Assembly: GCA_965140415.1 (NCBI GenBank)
Contig: OZ223209.1
Coordinates: 1,120,001-1,184,000 of the forward strand
Source of the DNA: Myxococcota bacterium
GTDB lineage: Bacteria; Myxococcota_A; SURF-8
DNA: 64,000 nucleotides
Direction: 5' to 3'
Shown: one piece after another, positions 40,598-50,360 of the stretch
Layout of the letters: each line of letters begins with the position of its first letter
How positions within the stretch are numbered: position 1 is the first letter of the stretch
Notes under the pieces: generated by a model
The model's database searches: none
Seen by the model: only the letters and a program-made list of their open reading frames with translations
What the model was told of the DNA's origin: nothing
Made by a program: the position numbers and the translations under genes

Positions 40598-41203
40598 ATG
40601 CCCTGTTATTACGAATTCATGGTGGAGCGTTTGGATTTTCGGCCAATCACCTGGCAACGCTTTCTGTTTCGCGCGAATTTGACCTTCGAAGACTTGCATC
40701 AAGCCATCCAGGCGGCCGCCGGATGGAGCGACAGACACGCCTACCGATTCTGGTCGATTGAGGGAGATCTCATCACCCGAAAGGACCATCCCTCCCTGGA
40801 AGCATGGCACGCCGCCACTGGAGATCGGACACCCATCGGAGCGTATTTCTGTCTGGACGACTCCGTCAAATCCGACGATCCCGACAGATATCCGCCGCCG
40901 CCGCCAGATATCTGCGTATACGAATATCCGCCGGAAATCGGATTCTTCAAGGTCACCCTGCAACATCGGGTGCTGCTCGATGAGGTTTTCGAGCGCCGCC
41001 TGCTTGGCGGCGGGGGTATCTTTTCGCCGGAGATGGAAGATGTGGACGGCGACAACCATACCGTCTCTTTCGAAGAATGCACGGGGAAAACCGTGATGCA
41101 TACTTCAAACAGACACAGTGAAAGTGATAAGTCCGACCCTGTTCCCATGTGGGACTTGGCTTCCTTCAATCTTGACATGCGCAAGCTGGCGTTTGATCGA
41201 TGA
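40598..41203 (+). CDS. Plasmid pRiA4b ORF-3-like protein
   Basis: ITWQRFL..LTFEDLHQAIQAAAGWSDRHAYRF, YEY, LLGGGGIFSPE; AGGAGG RBS. Confidence 0.75.
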   Translation: MPCYYEFMVERLDFRPITWQRFLFRANLTFEDLHQAIQAAAGWSDRHAYRFWSIEGDLITRKDHPSLEAWHAATGDRTPIGAYFCLDDSVKSDDPDRYPPPPPDICVYEYPPEIGFFKVTLQHRVLLDEVFERRLLGGGGIFSPEMEDVDGDNHTVSFEECTGKTVMHTSNRHSESDKSDPVPMWDLASFNLDMRKLAFDR

Positions 41204-41324
41204 ACGTGCAGGGCGAGACATTTCAGAGATGGCTGGATTCCCATTTGAACACAGTCACGATTCTGGCGAGGCGTTCATGAATCACTCCGTCTTATGCAAC
41301 GACAACCAGGTGAATCGCCGAACA

Positions 41325-41534
41325 ATGGCCATTCAACCTTTCGGCCACGGTCCTTACTCTCCTTTTCCGGCTTGCTCCGAGATCGTCGATCTGCTCGCCA
41401 CCGCCTGCCTGCGTCATCGCAAGCGCGAGGCTGTAAAATGGGTGAAAGAAAAAACAGAGAAAACCCTTGATGATGTCGCCCAACGAGGGAAGCTCCGGAC
41501 GACGGAGAATCGAACTCCGGAGAAAGGAGCCTGA
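41325..41534 (+). CDS. Small hypothetical protein preceding DUF2924
   Basis: EIVDLLATACLR helix; abuts the DUF2924 gene start; start uncertain. Confidence 0.4.
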   Translation: MAIQPFGHGPYSPFPACSEIVDLLATACLRHRKREAVKWVKEKTEKTLDDVAQRGKLRTTENRTPEKGA

Positions 41535-41535
41535 T

Positions 41536-42042
41536 ATGACAAGCAAACCCGGTGGACGACAACGTGACACCATCCTGCATCAACTGGCGGAGCTTGAATC
41601 CCTGCCCACAGCCGAATTGAAGAAGCGCTGGAACGTGCTCTATGGCCAGGAGCCGCCGCGCTTCAACCGACAATTTCTGATCAAACGCCTGGCCTACAGG
41701 ATTCAGGAAATCGCCTATGGTGGAGTCGACGATCGAACGCGGACCCGAATGAATGACCTCCTTGAAGATGAGGGTTATGACGAGTTGGGGCGAAAAGGCC
41801 GCAAACCGACTCGTCGGGCCTCCGAACGCGCCATCGTGCCGGGTACGGTTCTGGTTCGCGAATGGCAAGGGGAGCGCCATGAGGCGGTCGCCATGGACGA
41901 TGGAGGTTTTGAGCATCGCGGCATACCCTATCGCTCCCTCTCAGCGGTGGCGCGGGCCATCACCGGTACACGCTGGAATGGCCCGGCGTTCTTCGGATTG
42001 CGAGGCAAGACGGTTCCATTGAAGGAGGCCGCTCGTGATTAG
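41536..42042 (+). CDS. DUF2924 family protein
   Basis: LKKRW..LYG.EPP..RLAYRIQE.AYGG, PGTVLVREWQG, YRSLSAVARAITGTRWNGPAFFGL. Confidence 0.88.
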   Translation: MTSKPGGRQRDTILHQLAELESLPTAELKKRWNVLYGQEPPRFNRQFLIKRLAYRIQEIAYGGVDDRTRTRMNDLLEDEGYDELGRKGRKPTRRASERAIVPGTVLVREWQGERHEAVAMDDGGFEHRGIPYRSLSAVARAITGTRWNGPAFFGLRGKTVPLKEAARD

Positions 42043-43597
42043 GGACCCAAAGCAAGACAACAACAATCCGATCATTCGTTGCGCTATCTACACGCGCAAA
42101 TCAACCGACGAGAATTTGGACTCTGACTTCAACAGTTTGGATGCCCAGCGAGAGTCTTGCGAGCATTTCATCCAGTCCCACGCACGCGAGAACTGGCATG
42201 CGCTCGACGCCCGATACGACGACGGAGCGTATTCAGGCGCAAGCATGGAGCGCCCGGGACTGAAACGGCTGCTGGCAGACATTGAGGACGGCAAGGTGGA
42301 CTGCGTTGTGGTCTACAAAATTGACCGGCTGTCGCGATCCATCGCGGATTTTACGCGCATGATGGAGTTTTTCAAACACCGCGATATCACCATGGTCAGC
42401 GTGACCCAGGCCTTCAACACGAACACATCCAGCGGGACGCTCATGGTGAATTTATTAATGACGTTCGCCAGTTACGAACGCGAGGTCATTGCCGAGCGCA
42501 TCCGGGACAAAGTAGCCGCCAGCAAGAAACGAGGCAAATATATGGGTGGTGTCCCACCCCTTGGCTACGATGTGGATCGCGACAGAAAACGGCTGGTCGT
42601 GAATTCCGAGGAAGCCGCACTGGTGCGATTTATCTTCCGTCGTTACCTTCAATTGCATTCCGCCGTAGCGCTCATCAAAAAGTTGAACGGAAAAGGCCTG
42701 ACCACCAAGTCATGGGTAACGAAAAAGGGCATTCATCGGAAAGGCCGCGCCTGGAACAAATCGCACATCTATCGCCTGCTGAACAACCCAATCTACGCAG
42801 GCAAGATCAAACACAAGGATCGGCTCTATGAGGGCGAACACGAGGCGATTATCGAAAAGTCTTTATGGGATGAGGTGCAGTCGACGATCGGATCCGAGGG
42901 AAAAGCAGGAATTCGGCATAATGACACCTTGTCGCCGTTAAAGGGGATTCTTGTCTGCGGTCACTGCCGCAAACCGATGGGAGCCACATTCACAACAAAG
43001 GACGGCAAGCGCTACCGCTATTACCTCTGCCAACAGGCGGGAAAATCCAGTTACGACAGCTGTCCGATTCGTTCCGTACCAGCCGGAGATCTGGAAAACC
43101 TGGTGCATATTCAGGTCAGGCGTATGCTCGGCTCCACCGAGATCGCCGCCGAAACCTTCCGGGAACTGGTGAAACGGGAAGCCGAGACGGTAAAGAAACT
43201 TGAACAGCAGACCGACAAGCTGAGAGAGGAACTATCAACACTGCAATCCGCTCGTAAGCGACTGATCGAACCTGGGGAGGGAGCATCAAAACTTGTGGCA
43301 GAGGAGCGGATCGGAATCGAAGAGAAAATCAATCATCTTACGCTTCAGCTTGCAAGCATGGATGCCGAACGCGAATTCTACGACAACAATCTGATCAGCG
43401 AACATGAATTGGCGGCGGAACTTCAGCACTTGGATACCCTCTGGAATGAACTCTTTCCCGGTGAAAAGACACGGATTATCAAGCTGCTGGTGGATGAGAT
43501 CATCGTGAATAAAGACGGGATCGACATTGCGTTGAAGCCGACTGGTGTCGAAGGAGTTGCGTTGGAGATGTCGGGAGGACCACATGCACAACTGTGA
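42035..43597 (+). CDS. Large serine recombinase (integrase) with recombinase and Zn-ribbon domains
   Basis: CAIYTRKST catalytic Ser, SLDAQR, VYKIDRLSRS, GGVPPLGY, NPIYAG, CGHC..YRYYLC. Confidence 0.95.
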   Translation: MIRDPKQDNNNPIIRCAIYTRKSTDENLDSDFNSLDAQRESCEHFIQSHARENWHALDARYDDGAYSGASMERPGLKRLLADIEDGKVDCVVVYKIDRLSRSIADFTRMMEFFKHRDITMVSVTQAFNTNTSSGTLMVNLLMTFASYEREVIAERIRDKVAASKKRGKYMGGVPPLGYDVDRDRKRLVVNSEEAALVRFIFRRYLQLHSAVALIKKLNGKGLTTKSWVTKKGIHRKGRAWNKSHIYRLLNNPIYAGKIKHKDRLYEGEHEAIIEKSLWDEVQSTIGSEGKAGIRHNDTLSPLKGILVCGHCRKPMGATFTTKDGKRYRYYLCQQAGKSSYDSCPIRSVPAGDLENLVHIQVRRMLGSTEIAAETFRELVKREAETVKKLEQQTDKLREELSTLQSARKRLIEPGEGASKLVAEERIGIEEKINHLTLQLASMDAEREFYDNNLISEHELAAELQHLDTLWNELFPGEKTRIIKLLVDEIIVNKDGIDIALKPTGVEGVALEMSGGPHAQL

Positions 43598-44039
43598 TGG
43601 AACAGAGGCACTTTCGAGGCCAAAGGCAACTGCCAGCAAGCCCGATAAAAGGCAAAGAGTTTATCGGGACAAGCGCGGGCGATTGATCGTTCATATCCCG
43701 ATGAACCTGAAAAAACGGGGGGGTCGTAAAGAGATTGTGCTTCCACATGGCTCTGATCCCAACAGCCTCAATGACGCAACTTCACTCAATCGACCACTGG
43801 CGCTGGCCGTGGCTCTCGGGCATCGCTGGTTGGACCTGCTGACCGAGGGACGATTCGGTTCCGTGCAGGAACTGGCCGAAACGATCGGTATGGATCCGTC
43901 ACAAGCACGGCGGCATTTGAGTCTGGCCTGCCTTCCACCCAAACTTGTCCGGGCAATACTGAACGGCAAGGAGCCAGAGGGTTTGTCGGTGGAAGAATTA
44001 CAGAAAGTTTCTCTAAACTGGCACGAACAGGAAGAATAG
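43584..44039 (+). CDS. Recombinase-associated HTH protein (third gene of the DUF2924-recombinase module)
   Basis: IPMNLKKRGGRKEIVLP, LAVALGHRWLDLL..G...S..ELA, LACLPPKLVRAILNG. Confidence 0.8.
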   Translation: MHNCDGTEALSRPKATASKPDKRQRVYRDKRGRLIVHIPMNLKKRGGRKEIVLPHGSDPNSLNDATSLNRPLALAVALGHRWLDLLTEGRFGSVQELAETIGMDPSQARRHLSLACLPPKLVRAILNGKEPEGLSVEELQKVSLNWHEQEE

Positions 44040-44259
44040 TGGATCACTTAAAGGCATGTCGGTAAAACTCTTCAAGTGATCGGAAGTAACTTATACACAT
44101 ATCCCGCATGGTCATCCACTCGCCGAAGGTGGTTCTCGTTTCGATCCATATAGCCTCCTTCCAGAAGTTATCTTTGTGTTATTGCTCAGTTATTGTTGTC
44201 ACCCGTATCACCCCATGATATCCTTACGCTACGAAATTCCAGAAGGCTGGAGAATACTC

Positions 44260-45723
44260 ATGAATAGATGGTTGGCTGTTAGCGCCGCAGTTTTATTTTC
44301 AATCGCGATATCAGGTTGTAGTGCCGATTCAACTAATGGCACTGCTGGCGATGACGATACCGCTCCAGTTTTTGATGGAGATAACGCCGATGATGGGGAT
44401 TGGTTTGACAGCGATTTCAGCGATGGAGATGCTTTTCAGGATGAAGACAGTGAAGCAGAATTGGATGATGACACAATCAAGCTCGATGGCGATCAAGCAG
44501 AGGGAGACGAATTTTCTGATGGCGATGGGATTGACGGTGAGGTAACTGACCGTGAGGCGGATATCGACGGAGACAAGGATACTGACAGCGAAATAGAATT
44601 GGAAGATGATACGGATACCGACACCGAAAACTGCCCGGAAATGTGGGAAGGGCCGGCGCCGCCGGATTGCAAACATTGGGACTGTGAACTGCAACCCTGG
44701 CCTTCTTGCTGGGTTTGCGACCTCGCGGCTGATCCCAGCCAAAATGGGCTGTCCTGCGAGTATTGCGATGACCAGTGCGAATGCATTGAACCACCCTGTA
44801 AATGTCTGAATGGGAATTGTATCCCTGACTCAGCAGTTGATGGCGATGGTGAAACTGATGCGGACTGGGAATCTGATACTGAATTAAATGGGGAAGAGGA
44901 TGAAACTACCGTTCATGCAATTGAACGAATTGTCATAGCAGGTGATAGCTGGTCCTGCGGCATCGTTGCCCCAACCCGCGCCATCCTTGACGAGCGTGGT
45001 TTTTCCGATATTGAAATCACATATTCGACCACTGCTGTTGCCGGATCTACAGCTGAGGAATGGGTATACAACCACGATAACAAGTTACTGAAACTCACCG
45101 CTGCCTTGGACGAGGATCCCCAAGCCGAATTGCTTCTGTTGGTTATTGGTGGAAACGATGTCAACGCTTCCATCTACAACGACGGTTTCGATGCCATGTC
45201 TGATGGTCAAAGAGCCCAAGTGCTGGACGGCATCCGGGATGACATTCGGGCCATTGTTGATTTTGCTCGTCTCAACCGTCCACATTTATCAATCGTCTTG
45301 GTTGGATACGACTATTTTCACTATCTCTTCCTTCAGGCATTCTATGGATTAGGGGATATGTACCTGGACGAATACAACCTGGCGTTCGTTGGTTTGGGGA
45401 ACCGAAAACTGGAGATTGCAAACCAGGTGAACGGCTGTTACTACGCCCACAATTACGGCGTACTGCAATACACATTTGGTGATCGACCTCATCCGCCTTT
45501 TTCCCTGCCGCTTTTCGAATATCCACCGGGGTACGTTCCTGCCCCAGGCATTGCGCCCGATTACACTCCTTTTCCAGGAGGATTGTACCAGATCCCTTCG
45601 CCGCTGGACCAGATTCCGGATGGAATCCACCCCAGTGAAGAGGGGTTTTCCGCCATCATGAATCATGTGTTTGACCAAGGGATGGAAAACTTATTGCTGG
45701 GGAACGACTGGGTTACCCCCTAA
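44260..45723 (+). CDS. SGNH/GDSL hydrolase lipoprotein with acidic linker and Cys-rich module
   Basis: Lipobox ISGC; DGD-rich linker; GDSW, IGGND, DGIHP. Confidence 0.85.
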   Translation: MNRWLAVSAAVLFSIAISGCSADSTNGTAGDDDTAPVFDGDNADDGDWFDSDFSDGDAFQDEDSEAELDDDTIKLDGDQAEGDEFSDGDGIDGEVTDREADIDGDKDTDSEIELEDDTDTDTENCPEMWEGPAPPDCKHWDCELQPWPSCWVCDLAADPSQNGLSCEYCDDQCECIEPPCKCLNGNCIPDSAVDGDGETDADWESDTELNGEEDETTVHAIERIVIAGDSWSCGIVAPTRAILDERGFSDIEITYSTTAVAGSTAEEWVYNHDNKLLKLTAALDEDPQAELLLLVIGGNDVNASIYNDGFDAMSDGQRAQVLDGIRDDIRAIVDFARLNRPHLSIVLVGYDYFHYLFLQAFYGLGDMYLDEYNLAFVGLGNRKLEIANQVNGCYYAHNYGVLQYTFGDRPHPPFSLPLFEYPPGYVPAPGIAPDYTPFPGGLYQIPSPLDQIPDGIHPSEEGFSAIMNHVFDQGMENLLLGNDWVTP

Positions 45724-45986
45724 TCGATCCATGTCGTAAGAAGATATGAAAGCACAATCTGAATGAGTTGTTGGGAAAGAGATGAAGGTGTGCATCGTTC
45801 AGTGATTTTATTACTATAGTGGATAAGTCATTGAAATTGCCGTCAGATAGATTGCATGTTTGGTAAGGCCAATCGCATCACGTCGGAAACAGAAACCTTG
45901 CTCGGTCGCAAGCTAATCACCCTGCGACAGTTTGTCGAGGATTATCGAGAGGTATGGAAAAAGGCTTGATGCATTGACTTCTTGGT

Positions 45987-47216
45987 TTACATGAGTTCCA
46001 GCATCGCCTCCACCTTCATAAATTCCTTCTCTTCGTTGTATTGGCGGGCATCGGCGTGGTCGACCTCGATCATGACAGTAGGAATCCCGAAGCGCTCCTC
46101 TATTTTCCTCTTCAGGTCCATCTGCATCACGGAATAGACCTTGCACGAACGGTTGGAACTGAAAATTACGCCGGTAATTCCGTAGCGCTCGATCAACTGA
46201 CACATCGCTTTGTAGCGCAACTCCAAGCCGGACGGACAGACAGAAAAGTTCTGGATGCGGGCAAGATAGTGCATTGGATCAACCCCATCGTAACGATATG
46301 GATCGATTTGACCTTCCACCGTACCCATGCAGGCCGTGTAGGTTGCCGAAATCACGTTGGCATCGAGTTTAGCCAAACGCGAAGACATATTCCGCAATTG
46401 ATGCCAGGGTGCGATGTTGTCCCAAAGGAGGCGGTGCTTTTCATTAGGGACGGAAACGTCGTTCGCATAAACGAGTTCCTCGGCTTCATCCGCCAGCAGC
46501 TTGCAGTGATCGACCAGTTCCTGCGTGCCGCGATAGCTGGTGATGTAGGGAGCCATGTGAACAAACGAATCGAAAGCCGTCATTCCGGCTGGATGGTGGG
46601 CGGCCAGATCGAGAAAACGCTTCCAGTGCGTATTGGCTTCGTCGGACAGCCGCACGGCTTCACGCACCTTCACCTCGTCCCAGGTCTGCCCTGTCTTGTT
46701 TTCGATCAATGCGATCAGGTCGTGAAACTGAGAAACGATGTAATCCAGATTCTTCTCTTTCTGCGGTTCGTAACAAAAAGGGACATCCAGCGTGAAATGG
46801 GGAACGCCGAGTTTGCGTCGATAGACATCGAACCATTTGACCAGAAGCGAGCAGTTATTGTTGTTGCTAACCAGCAGATCAGGACTGGGCATGCCCATGC
46901 TGGGCGAGCCTTCACCCTTTGTGTACCAGGTTCCCAGGTCGATGCGGGCATAGGAGCATAGGTCCATCGAGTAGCCGCGATGCTCCGCTTTCTCCGCCTG
47001 CGTTGCGCCGACGCCTCTGGCAGCGCACATGGCTGAGTGGTTTTCCGGAACGGCGACAACGAGGTCGAATCCCTTCAGGAGTTCGATGGGAACGATGATG
47101 GCGATCCAGGCGACGAATTTCCCCTGCGCAGCATCCTTGTGCATTTCGGCGAAGTAACGACCGACAAGCTTTTTCAGGTTCGCAGCGGACCGTTCCAGTC
47201 TGATCGTGCCGCTCAT
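45987..47216 (-). CDS. 2-hydroxyacyl-CoA dehydratase subunit (HgdA/FldB-like)
   Basis: PEN, GYSMDLCSYAR, NNNC, NRSCK, IEVDHADAR. Confidence 0.88.
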   Translation of the reverse strand: MSGTIRLERSAANLKKLVGRYFAEMHKDAAQGKFVAWIAIIVPIELLKGFDLVVAVPENHSAMCAARGVGATQAEKAEHRGYSMDLCSYARIDLGTWYTKGEGSPSMGMPSPDLLVSNNNNCSLLVKWFDVYRRKLGVPHFTLDVPFCYEPQKEKNLDYIVSQFHDLIALIENKTGQTWDEVKVREAVRLSDEANTHWKRFLDLAAHHPAGMTAFDSFVHMAPYITSYRGTQELVDHCKLLADEAEELVYANDVSVPNEKHRLLWDNIAPWHQLRNMSSRLAKLDANVISATYTACMGTVEGQIDPYRYDGVDPMHYLARIQNFSVCPSGLELRYKAMCQLIERYGITGVIFSSNRSCKVYSVMQMDLKRKIEERFGIPTVMIEVDHADARQYNEEKEFMKVEAMLELM

Positions 47217-48307
47217 GGCGAGTTCTCCAGCATTTCGGCGAATGCCTCGATTCGGGTTTGCACTGACCCGGATTGCGTATCGCCCATGTCGAATTCCAGT
47301 TGCAGGGTTTTGATTCCTTTCCTCCTCAATACTTCATCGAGATCTGGAAAGTCGAAGTATTCATACTCGCAATATTTCTCACCGATGAAGATCAATCCCA
47401 ATGCGTCATACTGCCTTGCAAGGTCTAGCAGTGTTTCGAGCCGACGTTCAGCGGTATGCAGTAAGGTCGAACAGGGCGTGTGATTCATGTAGAACTGATG
47501 ATAGTAATCCTCCACGGTATCGAAAGATTCCGGCGTATACCCGACAGAGCGACCGACCATTGCAGTATCGTCCACAACGACACGCAGACCGGCGCGATCC
47601 ATGGCTTCACAGGCGTACAGCGGAGGCGGAAGGATTCCACTGACGATAATCCTCTTCCCACCGTCCGATTTGTCATTCCCACTGATACTCGCAATGGTCT
47701 CGTCGAGCGCGTGAATCTGTTCTTCGACCGGCTGCGTATTTTGTTCCAGCAACAGCCGCGTTTCATCCGCGTAGCCGATTCTTCCATCTGCGACATGTTC
47801 GCCAAGGACGTTCACCTTCTTTCGCAGGCTGCGATACAGAGAAACGCTGTCTCTAAATGCTTTCAAGTTGAATGGCGTGTCGGTTCGTTCTTCATGGAAC
47901 TCAACCAATTGCCCGATCTCATATTGCAGATAGTTCCGCCCATAGTCGCTGTCAAGACGCGCCGCCGGGATGTGCATGCGCAGCAAAGGCAGTGAATCAT
48001 CGTCAAGGCCGCTTTCGATAATCTCCGGCAGGTTGCGGAGCGTATCGCAGGCGTTGTACATGAAAAGCAGATCGAATTCCTTTGGGCCGTCGCTGAGGAT
48101 GTATTCGATCATCTTGCGGGCGATACCGCAGCAGAAAGTTTGGATATACCGGTCGGCGTGAATCGTTTTGTCGTATTTTTCAGCGAGTCCCCACAGAACC
48201 ACGGGTGTCATATTCATAGAGTGAAACAGTTCGAGCGGCGGGTACAGGGGAAAACACCCTATAACTGGTCTTCTCTTTTTCGTTTTATGTTTCTCTTGAA
48301 ACATCAA
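47213..48307 (-). CDS. 2-hydroxyacyl-CoA dehydratase subunit (HgdB/FldC-like)
   Basis: IGCFPLYPPLEL, QTFCC, NACDTLR, KYCE, QTRIEAFAEML. Confidence 0.88.
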   Translation of the reverse strand: MMFQEKHKTKKRRPVIGCFPLYPPLELFHSMNMTPVVLWGLAEKYDKTIHADRYIQTFCCGIARKMIEYILSDGPKEFDLLFMYNACDTLRNLPEIIESGLDDDSLPLLRMHIPAARLDSDYGRNYLQYEIGQLVEFHEERTDTPFNLKAFRDSVSLYRSLRKKVNVLGEHVADGRIGYADETRLLLEQNTQPVEEQIHALDETIASISGNDKSDGGKRIIVSGILPPPLYACEAMDRAGLRVVVDDTAMVGRSVGYTPESFDTVEDYYHQFYMNHTPCSTLLHTAERRLETLLDLARQYDALGLIFIGEKYCEYEYFDFPDLDEVLRRKGIKTLQLEFDMGDTQSGSVQTRIEAFAEMLENSP

Positions 48308-48470
48308 CTTTGCTTTCCATCAGAGCAGCCAAATAGCGGGAAAAGCAGTAAAAAGAGGATTGTAAAGATTGCCTTGTTCATGATCTCTCCATGAGCGGTA
48401 TCGGTTGCAATCGTTGAATTTGCATTAAGAAATTCAAGCTAACTCTATGATACCAATGGCTGTTCCAGTA

Positions 48471-50360
48471 TTACTCTTGTGCAAGATCGTACAGCACTTC
48501 TCCGCGGGGATTCGCCGTTCCCATGATTACATGCGAGCCCGCTTCAAACATAACCGGGAGGCTTCCTTGCAAGGCTAATATGGCCGCAGCACGGTTATTG
48601 CTTTGAATGGTGTCAAACGCCACACCCTGGGCGACGTGGATAACCGGCAGACCACCAGAATCGAGAAGCCAGTCCAACAAATCCTGCTGCTCTGGACTGA
48701 AATAGCTTTGAAAAGTTGCTATGACCACAGCATCCGCTTTTTGGCGGTGTTGCTCGACCCATTGTTTGACGGAATCTTCGGTGATACCGATAACAAAGTT
48801 CTTCTTGTCTACCGATGGCTCTACACGTTTCAGAACATCACAGAAGCTCTCCTCAAGAATCCACGACCAACCAGAAGCCGGATCGGGAAGCAATTTATCC
48901 GGGCTGGCGCACAAAATACGCTTCCCTGTGAGTGGAAGAATATCGTTGTTTTCAAGCATGACAACAGCCTGTTCCGCATGGTCCAGCGACATGATCGCAT
49001 CTTGCTCCAGTCCGATTCGGCTTGCTAACTGTGCCATATCATCTTCGTCTGGATACGTAGGTTTTTCGAACAGACAGTATTTCTGCTTGTAGCGCAGGAT
49101 GCGCTTTGTGGAAGCGGCGAAATCTGCTTCTTTGATGTCACCGGTCTGTAGACCTGTCTCGATCCGAGTGAAAAGATCTTCGAGATAGTCGTCTTCGATG
49201 TAAACGTAAAGCAGGATGTCCGCTCCCGACTTCAGAGCCTCGTATCCCTGCTCCTGGTCTTCGGTCAGGCCGATTCGCGTCCCGTACATGTTGAGGTCGT
49301 CGGTTACAATCAGACCTTCAAAGCCGATCTCACCACGCAGAAAGCCCCGCATGATCTTTTCCGAGGTGATCGCCGGTCGCTGATCGTCCAAAGCCGTGTA
49401 CTGTGCGGGAATCATCATCACCGCATCAGCCCCAGTAGAGAAAGCCGCCCGGAATGGCTTGAGCAGTTTGGTTTCCAGTTCTTCCTTCGTCGCGGTGTTA
49501 ATGGAGTACTCATGATGAGTGTTGACAGCGAGCATGCCATCTCCCGGAAAGTGTTTGACCGTCGGGATGACGAGGTTGTGTTGAAACGCCGAAAAGGCGG
49601 CCAGGCCAAGCCGCGTGTTCAGATCCACGTCTGGCCCGAAGGTGCGCGTATTCAGGTTGCCGCTGTCTCGCTGGTAATGGGTGTCGAGCAGGGGACCGAA
49701 GTTCATGTTGACACCAAGGGCCTTGATTTCGCGGCCCATCAAATCAAATTGATCAAACGCGATCCATTCATCTTTCGTTGCGCCGATGGCGGTCGGTCCA
49801 ATGCTGTCCGTGCCGCCGGTCATATGGTTGACCGACGTGTAAACGCCCCCTTCCTGGTCGCTGCTTATGAATAGCGGGATTCCCATCGCCTCAACCGCGA
49901 TAGTCTGGGCGTGATGTAGAAAACGCGCGCTTGTCTCTGGTGCATCCACTGCGATGCCGGTGATCTGACTGACGAAGCCACCACCGAGAAAGTATGAGCG
50001 AATCCGCTGTTCGTCTTCTGTGGAAACGGATGCTCCGGAGCGCCCAAGTTCGGTGATAAGATGCTGCCCGATGCGCTGGCGTATGGACAGGCGATTGTAG
50101 ATGGCGTCGATTTCACTTTCATCGATGGGGCAGTAGGGATAGTCCAGCGACATCGGATCAAAGGCGTCGTCATCGGATTCCAGCGACTCTGTATCAAGGT
50201 CTCCATCTCCGGAGATCTCGGTCGATTCCGAGTCGAAAGCCTCGCTGTCTCTATCGCCATCCTGAAGATCCCCCGGCTCACTATTCGAGCACGAAAAACT
50301 GGTCGCTAATAAAAGTGAGATCAGAATCAAAGCAAAGAATTCGGATAGCCAAGATTTCAT
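48471..50360 (-). CDS. GH3 beta-N-acetylhexosaminidase-like lipoprotein
   Basis: DQEGG, GVNMNFGP..D, RTFG, KHFPG, VTDDLNM; lipobox FSC. Confidence 0.88.
   Translation of the reverse strand: MKSWLSEFFALILISLLLATSFSCSNSEPGDLQDGDRDSEAFDSESTEISGDGDLDTESLESDDDAFDPMSLDYPYCPIDESEIDAIYNRLSIRQRIGQHLITELGRSGASVSTEDEQRIRSYFLGGGFVSQITGIAVDAPETSARFLHHAQTIAVEAMGIPLFISSDQEGGVYTSVNHMTGGTDSIGPTAIGATKDEWIAFDQFDLMGREIKALGVNMNFGPLLDTHYQRDSGNLNTRTFGPDVDLNTRLGLAAFSAFQHNLVIPTVKHFPGDGMLAVNTHHEYSINTATKEELETKLLKPFRAAFSTGADAVMMIPAQYTALDDQRPAITSEKIMRGFLRGEIGFEGLIVTDDLNMYGTRIGLTEDQEQGYEALKSGADILLYVYIEDDYLEDLFTRIETGLQTGDIKEADFAASTKRILRYKQKYCLFEKPTYPDEDDMAQLASRIGLEQDAIMSLDHAEQAVVMLENNDILPLTGKRILCASPDKLLPDPASGWSWILEESFCDVLKRVEPSVDKKNFVIGITEDSVKQWVEQHRQKADAVVIATFQSYFSPEQQDLLDWLLDSGGLPVIHVAQGVAFDTIQSNNRAAAILALQGSLPVMFEAGSHVIMGTANPRGEVLYDLAQE

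Larger units (their letters stand above)
20850..44081. mobile_element. Integrated satellite-like/integrative element (serine recombinase, primase-helicase, terminase, defence/TA cargo); boundaries approximate
   Basis: Large serine recombinase module at the right end, divergent gene arms switching at ~33900-34000, replication and packaging genes, TA cargo, visibly higher GC than the flanks. Confidence 0.8.

Noticed and set aside
45790-45900. AT-rich tract (TAAGTCATTGAAATT) as an alternative right end of the element
   Set aside because: No matching left-end sequence was found, and the intervening SGNH gene has the host-type DGD lipoprotein linker
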